Positions 10,201 through 23,176 of a DNA stretch of 34,696 bases are shown here, piece by piece; position 1 is the first letter of the stretch, and each line of letters begins with the position of its first letter. Origin of the DNA: Utricularia gibba (Eukaryota; Plantae; Magnoliophyta); assembly GCA_002189035.1 (NCBI GenBank), contig NEEC01000476.1, positions 1 to 34,696 of the forward strand, written 5' to 3'. The notes beneath the pieces are model-generated. The model was not told where the DNA came from and did no database searches. It saw nothing but the letters and a program-made list of their open reading frames with translations. A program made the position numbers and the translations under genes.

Positions 10201-13200
10201 TTGCGCCGAGAGTTAGTTGTAGCTCGGAAAATAAAGTGATGTATTTATTAACGTTCAGTTTATTTTTCAAGGAACAGCTTCTCGTTTGTGGCGGCCAGTC
10301 TCGCTGGGAATTGGTCCTTGACCCCGATTCTGTATGCTCATGAGGTCAACCGGATGCAAATCGATTAAAAAAAATGATGCCTTGTTTAAATTACGATATC
10401 ACGTGCACCCCACATGATTTTTTCAACAACTTACTTTATACTTGAGGAGGCGGTCTTGGGGTGCACCTAGAACGGGACAAAGGTCAGGTTTGGCTTGCGC
10501 CGAGAGTTAGTTGTAGCTCGGCAAATAAAGTGATGTATTTATTAACGTTCAGTTTTTGGGGGCTGCCTACATGGTTTTCAAGGAACAGCTTCTCGTTTTG
10601 TGGCGGCCAGTCTCGCTGGAACTTGGTCCTGACCCCGATTCTGTATGGCTCATGAGGTCAACCGGATGGAAATCGATTAAAGAAAATGATGCCTTTTTAA
10701 ATTACGATATCACGTGCACCCACATGATTTTTTCAACAACTTGCTTTATACTTGAGGAGGCGGTCTTGGGGTGCACCTGGAACGGGACAAAGGTCAGGTT
10801 TGGCTTGCGCCGAGAGTTAGTTGTAGCTCGGAAATAAAGTGATGTATTTATTAACGTTCAGTTTTGGGGCTGCCTACATGGTTTTTCAAGGAACAGCTTC
10901 TCGTTTTGTGGCGGCCAGTCTCGCTGGGAACTTGGTCCTTGACCCCGATTATGTATGGCTCATGAGGTCAACCGGATGCAAATCGATTAAAAAAATGATG
11001 CCTTTTTTAAATTACGATATCACGTGCACCCCACATGATTTTTTCAACAACTTACTTTATACTTGAGGAGGCGGTCTTGGGGTGCACCTGAACGGGACAA
11101 AGGTCAGGTTTGGCTTGCGCGAGAGTTAGTTGTAGCTCGGCAAATAAAGTGATGTATTTATTAACGTTCAGTTTTGGGGGGCTGCCTACATGGTTTTTCA
11201 AGGAACAGCTTCTCGTTTTGTGGCGGCCAGTCTCGCTGGGAACTTGGTCCTTGACCCCGATTATGTATTGCTCATGAGGTCAACCGGATGCAAATCGATT
11301 AAAAAATGATGCCTTTGTTTAAATTACGATATCACGTGCACCCCACATGATTTTTTCAACAACTTACTTTATACTTGAGGAGGCGGTCTTGGGTGCACCT
11401 AGAACGGGACAAAGGTCAGGTTTGGCTTGCGCGAGAGTTAGTTGTAGCTCGGAAAATAAAGTGATGTATTTATTAACGTTCAGTTTTGGGGGGCTGCCTA
11501 CATGGTTTTTCAAGGAACAGCTTCTCGTTTTGTGGCGGCCAGTCTCGCTGGGAACTTGGTCCTTGACCCCGATTATGTATTGCTCATGAGGTCAACGGAT
11601 GCAAATCGATTAAAAAAATGTTGCCTTTGTTTAAATTACGATATCACGTGCACCCCACATGATTTTTTCAACAACTTACTTTATACTTGAGGAGGCGGTC
11701 TTGGGGTGCACCTAGAACGGGACAAAGGTCAGGTTTGGCTTGCGCCGAGAGTTAGTTGTAGCTCGGAAATAAAGTGATGTATTTATTAACGTTCAGTTTT
11801 GGGGCTGCCTACATGGTTTTTCAAGGAACAGCTTCTCGTTTTGTGGCGGCCAGTCTCGCTGGGAACTTGGTCTTGACCCCGATTCTGTATGGCTCATGAG
11901 GTCAACCGGATGGAAATCGATTAAAGAAAATGATGCCTTTTTTAAATTACGATATCACGTGCACCCCACATGATTTTTTCAACAACTTACTTTATACTTG
12001 TGGAGGCGGTCTTGGGGTGCACCTGGAACGGGACAAAGGTCAGGTTTGGCTTGCGCCGAGAGTTAGTTGTAGCTCGGAAATAAAGTGATGTATTTATTAA
12101 CGTTCAGTTTTTGGGGGCTCCTACATGGTTTTTCAAGGAACAGCTTCTCGTTTTGTGGCGGCCAGTCTCGCTGGGAACTTGGTCCTGACCCGATTATGTA
12201 TGGCTCATGAGGTCAACCGGATGCAAATTGATTAAAAAAATGATGCTTTGTTTAAATTACGATATCACGTGCACCCCACATGATTTTTTCAACAACTTAC
12301 TTTATACTTGAGGAGGCGGTCTTGGGGTGCACCTAGAACGGGACAAAGGTCAGGTTTGGCTTGCGCCGAGAGTTAGTTGTAGCTCGGAAAATAAAGTGAT
12401 GTATTTATTAACGTTCAGTTTTGGGGGCTGCCTACATGGTTTTTCAAGGAACAGCTTCTCGTTTTGTGGCGGCCAGTCTCGCTGGGAACTTGGTCCTTGA
12501 CCCCGATTATGTATGCTCATGAGGTCAACCGGATGCAAATCGATTAAAAAAATGATGCCTTTGTTTAAATTACGATATCACGTGCACCCCACATGATTTT
12601 TTCAACAACTTACTTTATACTTGAGGAGGCGGTCTTGGGGTGCACCTAGAACGGGACAAAGGTCAGGTTTGGCTTGCGCCGAGAGTTAGTTGTAGCTCGG
12701 AAAATAAAGTGATGTATTTATTAACGTTCAGTTTTGGGGGCTGCCTACATGGTTTTTCAAGGAACAGCTTCTCGTTTTGGCGGCCAGTCTCGCTGGGAAC
12801 TTGGTCCTTGACCCCGATTCTGTATGCTCATGAGGTCAACCGGATGCAAATCGATTAAAGAAAATGATGCCTTTGTTTAAATTACGATATCACGTGCACC
12901 CCACATGATTTTTTCAACAACTTACTTTATACTTGAGGAGGCGGTCTTGGGGTGCACCTAGAACGGGACAAAGGTCAGGTTTGGCTTGCGCCGAGAGTTA
13001 GTTGTAGCTCGGCAAATAAAGTGATGTATTTATTAACGTTTGGGGGCTGCCTACATGGTTTTTCAAGGAACAGCTTCTCGTTTTGTGGCGGCCAGTCTCG
13101 CTGGGAACTTGGTCCTTGACCCCGATTGTATGGCTCATGAGGTCAACCGGATGGAAATCGATTAAAGAAAATGATGCCTTTCTTAAAATTACGATATCAC

Positions 13201-16200
13201 GTGCACCCCACATGATTTTTTCAACAACTTGCTTTATACTTGAGGAGCGGTCTTGGGGTGCACCTGAACGGACAAAGGTCAGGTTTGGCTTGCGCGAGAG
13301 TTAGTTGTAGCTCGGAAAATAAAGTGATGTATTTATTAACGTTCAGTTTTGGGGGCTGCCTACATGGTTTTTCAAGGAACAGCTTCTCGTTTTGTGGCGG
13401 CCAGTCTCGCTGGGAACTTGGTCCTTGACCCCGATTCTGTATGGCTCATGAGGTCAACCGGATGCAAATCGATTAAAAAAATGATGCCTTTTTTAAATTA
13501 CGATATCACGTGCACCCCACATGATTTTTTCAACAACTTGCTTTATACTTGAGGAGGCGGTCTTGGGGTGCACCTGGAACGGGACAAAGGTCAGGTTTGG
13601 CTTGCGCGAGAGTTAGTTGTAGCTCGGAAATAAAGTGATGTATTTATTAACGTTCAGTTTTGGGGGCTGCCTACATGGTTTTTCAAGGAACAGCTTCTCG
13701 TTTTGTGGCGGCCAGTCTCGCTGGGAACTTGGTCCTTGACCCCGATTCTGTATGCTCATGAGGTCAACCGGATGCAAATCGATTAAAAAAATGATGCCTT
13801 GTTTAAATTACGATATCACGTGCACCCCACATGATTTTTTCAACAACTTACTTTATACTTGAGGAGGCGGTCTTGGGTGCACCTAGAACGGGACAAAGGT
13901 CAGGTTTGGCTTGCGCCGAGAGTTAGTTGTAGCTCGGAAAATAAAGTGATGTATTTATTAACGTTCAGTTTTGGGGGCTGCCTACATGGTTTTTCAAGGA
14001 ACAGCTTCTCGTTTTGTGGCGGCCAGTCTCGCTGGGAACTTGGTCCTTGACCCGATTGTATGCTCATGAGGTCAACCGGATGCAAATCGATTAAAAAAAT
14101 GATGCCTTTGTTTAAATTACGATATCACGTGCACCCCACATGATTTTTTCAACAACTTACTTTATACTTGAGGAGGCGGTCTTGGGTGCACCTAGAACGG
14201 GACAAAGGTCAGGTTTGGCTTGCGCCGAGAGTTAGTTGTAGCTCGGAAATAAAGTGATGTATTTATTAACGTTCAGTTTTGGGGGGCTGCCTACATGGTT
14301 TTTCAAGGAACAGCTTCTCGTTTTGTGGCGGCCAGTCTCGCTGGGAACTTGGTCCTTGACCCGATTCTGTATGCTCATGAGGTCAACCGGATGCAAATCG
14401 ATTAAAAAAATGATGCCTTTGTTTAATTACGATATCACGTGCACCCCACATGATTTTTTCAACAACTTACTTTATACTTGAGGAGGCGGTCTTGGGGTGC
14501 ACCTAGAACGGGACAAAGGTCAGGTTTGGCTTGCGCCGAGAGTTAGTTGTAGCTCGGAAAATAAGTGATGTATTTATTAACGTTCAGTTTTTGGGGGCTG
14601 CCTACATGGTTTTTCAAGGAACAGCTTCTCGTTTTGTGGCGGCCAGTCTCGCTGGGAACTTGGTCCTGGACCCCGATTGTATGGCTCATGAGGTCAACCG
14701 GATGGAAATCGATTAAAGAAAAATGATGCCTTTTTAAATTACGATATCACGTGCACCCCACATGATTTTTTCAACAACTTACTTTATACTTGAGGAGGCG
14801 GTCTTGGGGTGCACCTAGAACGGGACAAAGGTCAGGTTTGGCTTGCGCCGAGAGTTAGTTGTAGCTCGGAAATAAAGTGATGTATTTATTAACGTTCAGT
14901 TTTGGGGGCTGCCTACATGGTTTTTCAAGGAACAGCTTCTCGTTTTGTGGCGGCAGTCTCGCTGGGAACTTGGTCCTTGACCCCGATTGTATGCTCATGA
15001 GGTCAACCGGATGCAAATCGATTAAAAAAAATGATGCCTTTGTTTAAATTACGATATCACGTGCACCCCACATGATTTTTTCAACAACTTACTTTATACT
15101 TGAGGAGGCGGTCTTGGGGTGCACCTAGAACGGGACAAAGGTCAGGTTTGGCTTGCGCCGAGAGTTAGTTGTAGCTCGGAAAATAAAGTGATGTATTTAT
15201 TAACGTTCAGTTTTTGGGGGGCTGCCTACATGGTTTTTCAAGGAACAGCTTCTCGTTTTGTGGCGGCCTCTCGCTGGGAACTTGGTCCTTGACCCCGATT
15301 CTGTATTCATGAGGTCAACCGGATGCAAATCGATTAAAAAAATGATGCCTTTGTTTAAATTACGATATCACGTGCACCCCACATGATTTTTTCAACAACT
15401 TACTTTATACTTGAGGAGGCGGTCTTGGGGTGCACCTGAACGGGACAAAGGTCAGGTTTGGCTTGCGCCGAGAGTTAGTGTAGCTCGGAAATAAAGTGAT
15501 GTATTTATTAACGTTCAGTTTTTGGGGGCTGCCTACATGGTTTTTCAAGGAACAGCTTCTCGTTTTGTGGCGGCCAGTCTCGCTGGGAACTTGTCCTACA
15601 TTTGTATGGCTCATGAGGTCAACCGGATGAAATCCAAAATTACGATATCACGTGCACCCCACATGATTTTTTCAACAACTTGCTTTATACTTGTGGAGGC
15701 GGTCTTGGGGTGCACCTGAACGGGACAAAGGTCAGGTTTGGCTTGCGCCGAGAGTTAGTTGTAGCTCGGCAAATAAAGTGATGTATTTATTAACGTTCAG
15801 TTTTGGGGGCTGCCTACATGGTTTTTCAAGAACAGCTTCTCGTTTTGTGGCGGCCAGTCTCGCTGGGAACTTGGTCCTTGACCCCGATTATGTATGCTCA
15901 TGAGGTCAACCGGATGCAAATCGATTAAAGATGCCTTTGTTTAAATTACGATATCACGTGCACCCACATGATTTTTCAACAACTTACTTTATACTTGAGA
16001 GGCGGTCTTGGGGTGCACCTGAACGGGACAAAGGTCAGGTTTGGCTTGCGCCGAGAGTTAGTTGTAGCTCGGAAAATAAAGTGATGTATTTATTAACGTT
16101 CAGTTTTGGGGCTGCCTACATGGTTTTTCAAGGAACAGCTTCTCGTTTTGTGGCGGCCAGTCTCGCTGGGAACTTGGTCCTTGACCCCGATTCTGTATGG

Positions 16201-19200
16201 CTCATGAGGTCAACCGGATGCAAATCGATTAAAAAATGATGCCTTTGTTTAAATTACGATATCACGTGCACCCCACATGATTTTTTCAACAACTTACTTT
16301 ATACTTGAGGAGGCGGTCTTGGGTGCACCTGAACGGGACAAAGGTCAGGTTTGGCTTGCGCCGAGAGTTAGTTGTAGCTCGGAAAATAAAGTGATGTATT
16401 TATTAACGTTCAGTTTTGGGGGCTGCCTACATGGTTTTTCAAGGAACAGCTTCTCGTTTTGTGCGGCCAGTCTCGCTGGGAACTTGGTCCTTGACCCCGA
16501 TTGTATGCTCATGAGGTCAACCGGATGCAAATCGATTAAAAAAATGATGCCTTGTTTAAATTACGATATCACGTGCACCCCACATGATTTTTTCAACAAC
16601 TTACTTTATACTTAGGAGGCGGTCTTGGGGTGCACCTAGAACGGGACAAAGGTCAGGTTTGGCTTGCGCCGAGAGTTAGTTGTAGCTCGGAAAATAAAGT
16701 GATGTATTTATTAACGTTCAGTTTTGGGGGCTGCCTACATGGTTTTTCAAGGAACAGCTTCTTTTGTGGCGGCCAGTCTCGCTGGGAACTTGGTCCTTGA
16801 CCCCGATTCTGTATGCTCATGAGGTCAACCGGATGCAAATCGATTAAAAAAATGATGCCTTTGTTTAAATTACGATATCACGTGCACCCACATGATTTTT
16901 TCAACAACTTACTTTATACTTGAGGAGGCGGTCTTGGGGTGCACCTAGAACGGGACAAAGGTCAGGTTTGGCTTGCGCCGAGAGTTAGTTGTAGCTCGGC
17001 AAATAAAGTGATGTATTATTAACGTTCAGTTTTTGGGGCTGCCTACATGGTTTTTCAAGGAACAGCTTCTCGTTTTGTGGCGGCCAGTCTCTGGGAACTT
17101 GGTCCTTGACCCGATTGTATGAGGTCAACCGGATGCAAATCGATTAAAAAAATGATGCCTTTCTTTAATTACGATATCACGTGCACCCCACAATTTTTTC
17201 AACAACTTACTTTATACTTGAGGAGGCGGTCTTGGGGTGCACCTGGAACGGGACAAAGGTCAGGTTTGGCTTGCGCCGAGAGTTAGTTGTAGCTCGGCAA
17301 AAAAGTGATGTATTTATTAACGTTCAGTTTTTGGGGGCTACCTACATGGTTTTTAAGGAACAGCTTCTCGTTTGTGGCGGCCAGTCTCGCTGGGAACTTG
17401 GTCCTTGACCCCGATTATGTATGCTCATGAGGTCAACCGGATGCAAATCGATTAAAAAAATGATGCCTTTGTTTAAATTACGATATCACGTGCACCCCAC
17501 ATGATTTTTTCAACAACTTACTTTATACTTGAGGAGGCGGTCTTGGGGTGCACCTAGAACGGGACAAAGGTCAGGTTTGGCTTGCGCGAGAGTTAGTTGT
17601 AGCTCGGAAATAAAGTGATGTATTTATTAACGTTCAGTTTTGGGGGCTGCCTACATGGTTTTTCAAGGAACAGCTTCTCGTTTTGTGGCGGCCAGTCTCG
17701 CTGGGAACTTGGTCCTTGACCCGATTCTGTATGGCTCATGAGGTCAACCGGATGGAAATCGATTAAAGAAAATGATGCCTTTTTTAAATTACGATATCAC
17801 GTGCACCCCACATGATTTTTTCAACAACTTACTTTATACTTGAGAGGCGGTCTTGGGTGCACCTGAACGGGACAAAGGTCAGGTTTGGCTTGCGCCGAGA
17901 GTTAGTTGTAAAATAAAGTGATGTATTTATTAACGTTCAGTTTTTGGGGCTGCCTACATGGTTTTTCAAGGAACAGCTTCTCGTTTTGTGGCGGCCAGTC
18001 TCGCTGGGAACTTGGTCCTTGACCCCGATTCTGTATGGCTCATGAGGTCAACCGGATGCAAATCGATTAAAAAAATGATGCCTTTTTTAAATTACGATAT
18101 CACGTGCACCCCACATGATTTTTTCAACAACTTGCTTTATACTTGGAGGCGGTCTTGGGGTGCACCTGGAACGGGACAAAGGTCAGGTTTGGCTTGCGCC
18201 GAGAGTTAGTTGTAGCTCGGCAAATAAAGTGATGTATTTATTAACGTTCAGTTTTGGGGGCTGCCTACATGGTTTTTCAAGGAACAGCTTCTCGTTTTGT
18301 GGCGGCCAGTCTCGCTGGGAACTTGGTCCTTGACCCGATTCTGTATGGCTCATGAGGTCAACCGGATGCAAATCGATTAAAAAAATGATGCCTTTTTTAA
18401 ATTACGATATCACGTGCACCCCACATGATTTTTTCAACAACTTACTTTATACTTGAGGAGGCGGTCTTGGGGTGCACCTAGAACGGGACAAAGGTCAGGT
18501 TTGGCTTGCGCCGAGAGTTAGTTGCGGAAAATAAAGTGATGTATTATTAACGTTCAGTTTTGGGGGCTGCCTACATGGTTTTTCAAGGAACAGCTTCTCG
18601 TTTTGTGGCGGCCAGTCTCGCTGGGAACTTGGTCCTTGACCCCGATTATGTATGGCTCATGAGGTCAACCGGATGCAAATCGATTAAAAAAATGATGCTT
18701 TGTTTAAATTACGATATCACGTGCACCCACATGATTTTTTCAAAACTTACTTTATACTTGAGGAGGCGGTCTTGGGGTGCACCTAGAACGGGACAAAGGT
18801 CAGGTTTGGCTTGCGCCGAGAGTTAGTTGTGGCAAATAAAGTGATGTATTTATTAACGTTCAGTTTTCGGGGGCTGCCTACATGGTTTTTCAAGGAACAG
18901 CTTTCGTTTTGTGGCGGCCAGTCTCGCTGGGAACTTGGTCCTTGACCCCGATTCTGTATGCTCATGAGGTCAACCGGATGCAAATCGATTAAAAAAATGA
19001 TGCCTTTGTTTAAATTACGATATCACGTGCACCCCACATGATTTTTTCAACAACTTACTTTATACTTGTGGAGGCGGTCTTGGGGTGCACCTAGAACGGG
19101 ACAAAGGTCAGGTTTGGCTTGCGCCGAGAGTTAGTTGTAGCTCGGAAATAAAGTGATGTATTTATTAACGTTCAGTTTTGGGGCTGCCTACATGGTTTTT

Positions 19201-22200
19201 CAAGGAACAGCTTCTCGTTTTGTGGCGGCCAGTCTCGCTGGGAACTTGGTCCTTGACCCCGATTTGTATGCTCATGAGGTCAACCGGATGCAAATGATTA
19301 AAAAAATGATGCCTTTGTTTAAATTACGATATCACGTGCACCCCACATGATTTTTTCAACAACTTACTTTATACTTGAGGAGGCGGTCTTGGGGTGCACC
19401 TAGAACGGGACAAAGGTCAGGTTTGGCTTGCGCCGAGAGTTAGTTGTAGCTCGGAAAATAAAGTGATGTATTTATTAACGTTCAGTTTTCGGGGGCTGCC
19501 TACATGGTTTTTCAAGGAACAGCTTCTCGTTTTGTGGCGGCCAGTCTCGCTGGGAACTTGGTCCTGACCCCGATTCTGTATGGCTCATGAGGTCAACCGG
19601 ATGCAAATCGATTAAAAAATGATGCCTTTGTTTAAATTACGATATCACGTGCACCCCACATGATTTTTTCAACAACTTACTTTATACTTGGGAGGCGGTC
19701 TTGGGTGCACCTAGAACGGGACAAAGGTCAGGTTTGGCTTGCGCCGAGAGTTAGTTGTAGCTCGGCAAATAAAGTGATGTATTTATTAACGTTCAGTTTT
19801 TGGGGGCTGCCTACATGGTTTTTCAAGGAACAGCTTCTCGTTTTGTGGCGGCCAGTCTCGCTGGGAACTTGGTCCTGACCCCGATTCTGTATGCTCATGA
19901 GGTCAACCGGATGCAAATCGATTAAAAAATGATGCCTTTTTAAATTACGATATCACGTGCACCCCACATGATTTTTTCAACAACTTACTTTATACTTTGG
20001 AGGCGGTCTTGGGTGCACCTGGAACGGGACAAAGGTCAGGTTTGGCTTGCGCCGAGAGTTAGTTGTAGCTCGGCAAATAAAGTGATGTATTTATTAACGT
20101 TCAGTTTTGGGGCTGCCTACATGGTTTTTCAAGGAACAGCTTCTCGTTTTGTGGCGGCCAGTCTCGCTGGGAACTTGGTCCTTGACCCCGATTCTGTATG
20201 GCTCATGAGGTCAACCGGATGCAAATCGATTAAAAAATGATGCTTTGTTTAAATTACGATATCACGTGCACCCCACATGATTTTTTCAACAACTTACTTT
20301 ATACTTGAGGAGGCGGTCTTGGGGTGCACCTAGAACGGGACAAAGGTCAGGTTTGGCTTGCGCCGAGAGTTAGTTGTAGCTCGGAAAATAAAGTGATGTA
20401 TTTATTAACGTTCAGTTTTCGGGGCTGCCTACATGGTTTTTCAAGGAACAGCTTCTCTTTGTGGCGGCCAGTCTCGCTGGGAACTTGGTCCTTGACCCCG
20501 ATTATGTATGGCTCATGAGGTCAACCGGATGCAAATCGATTAAAGAAAATGATGCCTTTGTTTAAATTACGATATCACGTGCACCCCACATGATTTTTCA
20601 ACAACTTACTTTATACTTGAGGAGGCGGTCTTGGGTGCACCTAGAACGGGACAAAGGTCAGGTTTGGCTTGCGCCGAGAGTTAGTTGTAGCTCGGCAAAT
20701 AAAGTGATGTATTTATTAACGTTCAGTTTTCGGGGGCTGCCTACATGGTTTTTCAAGGAACAGCTTCTCGTTTTGTGGCGGCCAGTCTCGCTGGGAACTT
20801 GGTCCTGACCCCGATTCTGTATGGCTCATGAGGTCAACCGGATAAATCGATTAAAAAAATGATGCCTTTCTTTAAATTACGATATCACGTGCACCCCACA
20901 TGATTTTTTCAACAACTTACTTTATACTTGAGGAGGCGGTCTTGGGGTGCACCTAGAACGGGACAAAGGTCAGGTTTGGCTTGCGAGAGTTAGTTGTAGC
21001 TCGGCAAATAAAGTGATGTATTTATTAACGTTCAGTTTTTGGGGGCTGCCTACATGGTTTTTCAAGGAACAGCTTCTCGTTTTTGTGGCGGCCAGTCTCG
21101 CTGGAACTTGGTCCTTGACCCCGATTCTGTATGGCTCATGAGGTCAACCGGATGGAAATCGATTAAAAAAATGATGCCTTTGTTTAAATTACGATATCAC
21201 GTGCACCCCACATGATTTTTTCAACAACTTACTTTATACTTGAGGAGGCGGTCTTGGGGTGCACCTAGAACGGGACAAAGGTCAGGTTTGGCTTGCGCCG
21301 AGAGTTAGTTGTAGCTCGGCAAATAAAGTGATGTATTTATTAACGTTCAGTTTTTGGGGGCTGCCTACATGGTTTTTCAAGGAACAGCTTCTCGTTTTGT
21401 GGCGGCCAGTCTCGCTGGGAACTTGGTCCTTGACCCCGATTCTGTATGGCTCATGAGGTCAACCGGATGCAAATCGATTAAAAAAATGATGCCTTTGTTT
21501 AAATTACGATATCACGTGCACCCCACATGATTTTTTCAACAACTTGCTTTATACTTGAGGAGGCGGTCTTGGGGTGCACCTGGAACGGACAAAGGTCAGG
21601 TTTGGCTTGCGCCGAGAGTTAGTTGTACTCGGCAAATAAAGTGATGTATTTTATTAACGTTCAGTTTTGGGGCTGCCTACATGGTTTTTCAAGGAACAGC
21701 TTCTCGTTTTGTGGCGGCCAGTCTCGCTGGGAACTTGGTCCTTGACCCCGATTCTGTATGGCTCATGAGGTCAACCGGATGGAAATCGATTAAAAAAATG
21801 ATGCCTTTGTTTAAATTACGATATCACGTGCACCCCACATGATTTTTTCAACAACTTACTTTATACTTGAGGAGGCGGTCTTGGGGTGCACCTAGAACGG
21901 GACAAAGGTCAGGTTTGGCTTGCGCCGAGAGTTAGTTGTAGCTCGGAAAATAAAGTGATGTATTTTAACGTTCAGTTTTCGGGGCTGCCTACATGGTTTT
22001 TCAAGGAACAGCTTCTCTTTTTGTGGCGGCCAGTCTCGCTGGGAACTTGGTCCTTGACCCCGATTCTGTATGGCTCATGAGGTCAACCGGATGGAAATCG
22101 ATTAAAAAAATGATGCCTTTGTTTAAATTACGATATCACGTGCACCCCACATGATTTTTTCAACAACTTACTTTATACTTGAGGAGGCGGTCTTGGGGTG

Positions 22201-23176
22201 CACCTAGAACGGGACAAAGGTCAGGTTTGGCTTGCCGAGAGTTAGTTGTAGCTCGGCAAATAAAGTGATGTATTTATTAACGTTCAGTTTTCGGGGGCTG
22301 CCTACATGGTTTTTCAAGGAACAGCTTCTCGTTTTGTGGCGGCCAGTCTCGCTGGGAACTTGGTCCTGACCCCGATTCTGTATGGCTCATGAGGTCAACC
22401 GGATGGAAATCGATTAAAAAAATGATGCCTTTCTTTAAATTACGATATCACGTGCACCCCACATGATTTTTTCAACAACTTACTTTATACTTGAGGAGGC
22501 GGTCTTGGGGTGCACCTAGAACGGGACAAAGGTCAGGTTTGGCTTGCGCCGAGAGTTAGTTGTAGCTCGGCAAATAAAGTGATGTATTTATTAACGTTCA
22601 GTTTTTGGGGGCTGCCTACATGGTTTTTCAAGGAACAGCTTCTCGTTTTGTGGCGGCCAGTCTCGCTGGGAACTTGGTCCTTGACCCCGATTCTGTATGG
22701 CTCATGAGGTCAACCGGATGCAAATCGATTAAAAAAAATGATGCCTTTGTTTAAATTACGATATCACGTGCACCCCACATGATTTTTTCAACAACTTACT
22801 TTATACTTGAGGAGGCGGTCTTGGGTGCACCTAGAACGGGACAAAGGTCAGGTTTGGCTTGCGCCGAGAGTTAGTTGTTCGGAAAATAAAGTGATGTATT
22901 TATTAACGTTCAGTTTTCGGGGGCTGCCTACATGGTTTTTCAAGGAACAGCTTCTCGTTTTTGTGGCGGCCAGTCTCGCTGGGAACTTGGTCCTTGACCC
23001 CGATTCTGTATGGCTCATGAGGTCAACCGGATGGAAATCGATTAAAAAAATGATGCCTTTGTTTAAATTACGATATCACGTGCACCCCACATGATTTTTT
23101 CAACAACTTACTTATACTTGAGGAGGCGGTCTTGGGTGCACCTAGAACGGGACAAAGGTCAGGTTTGGCTTGCGCC

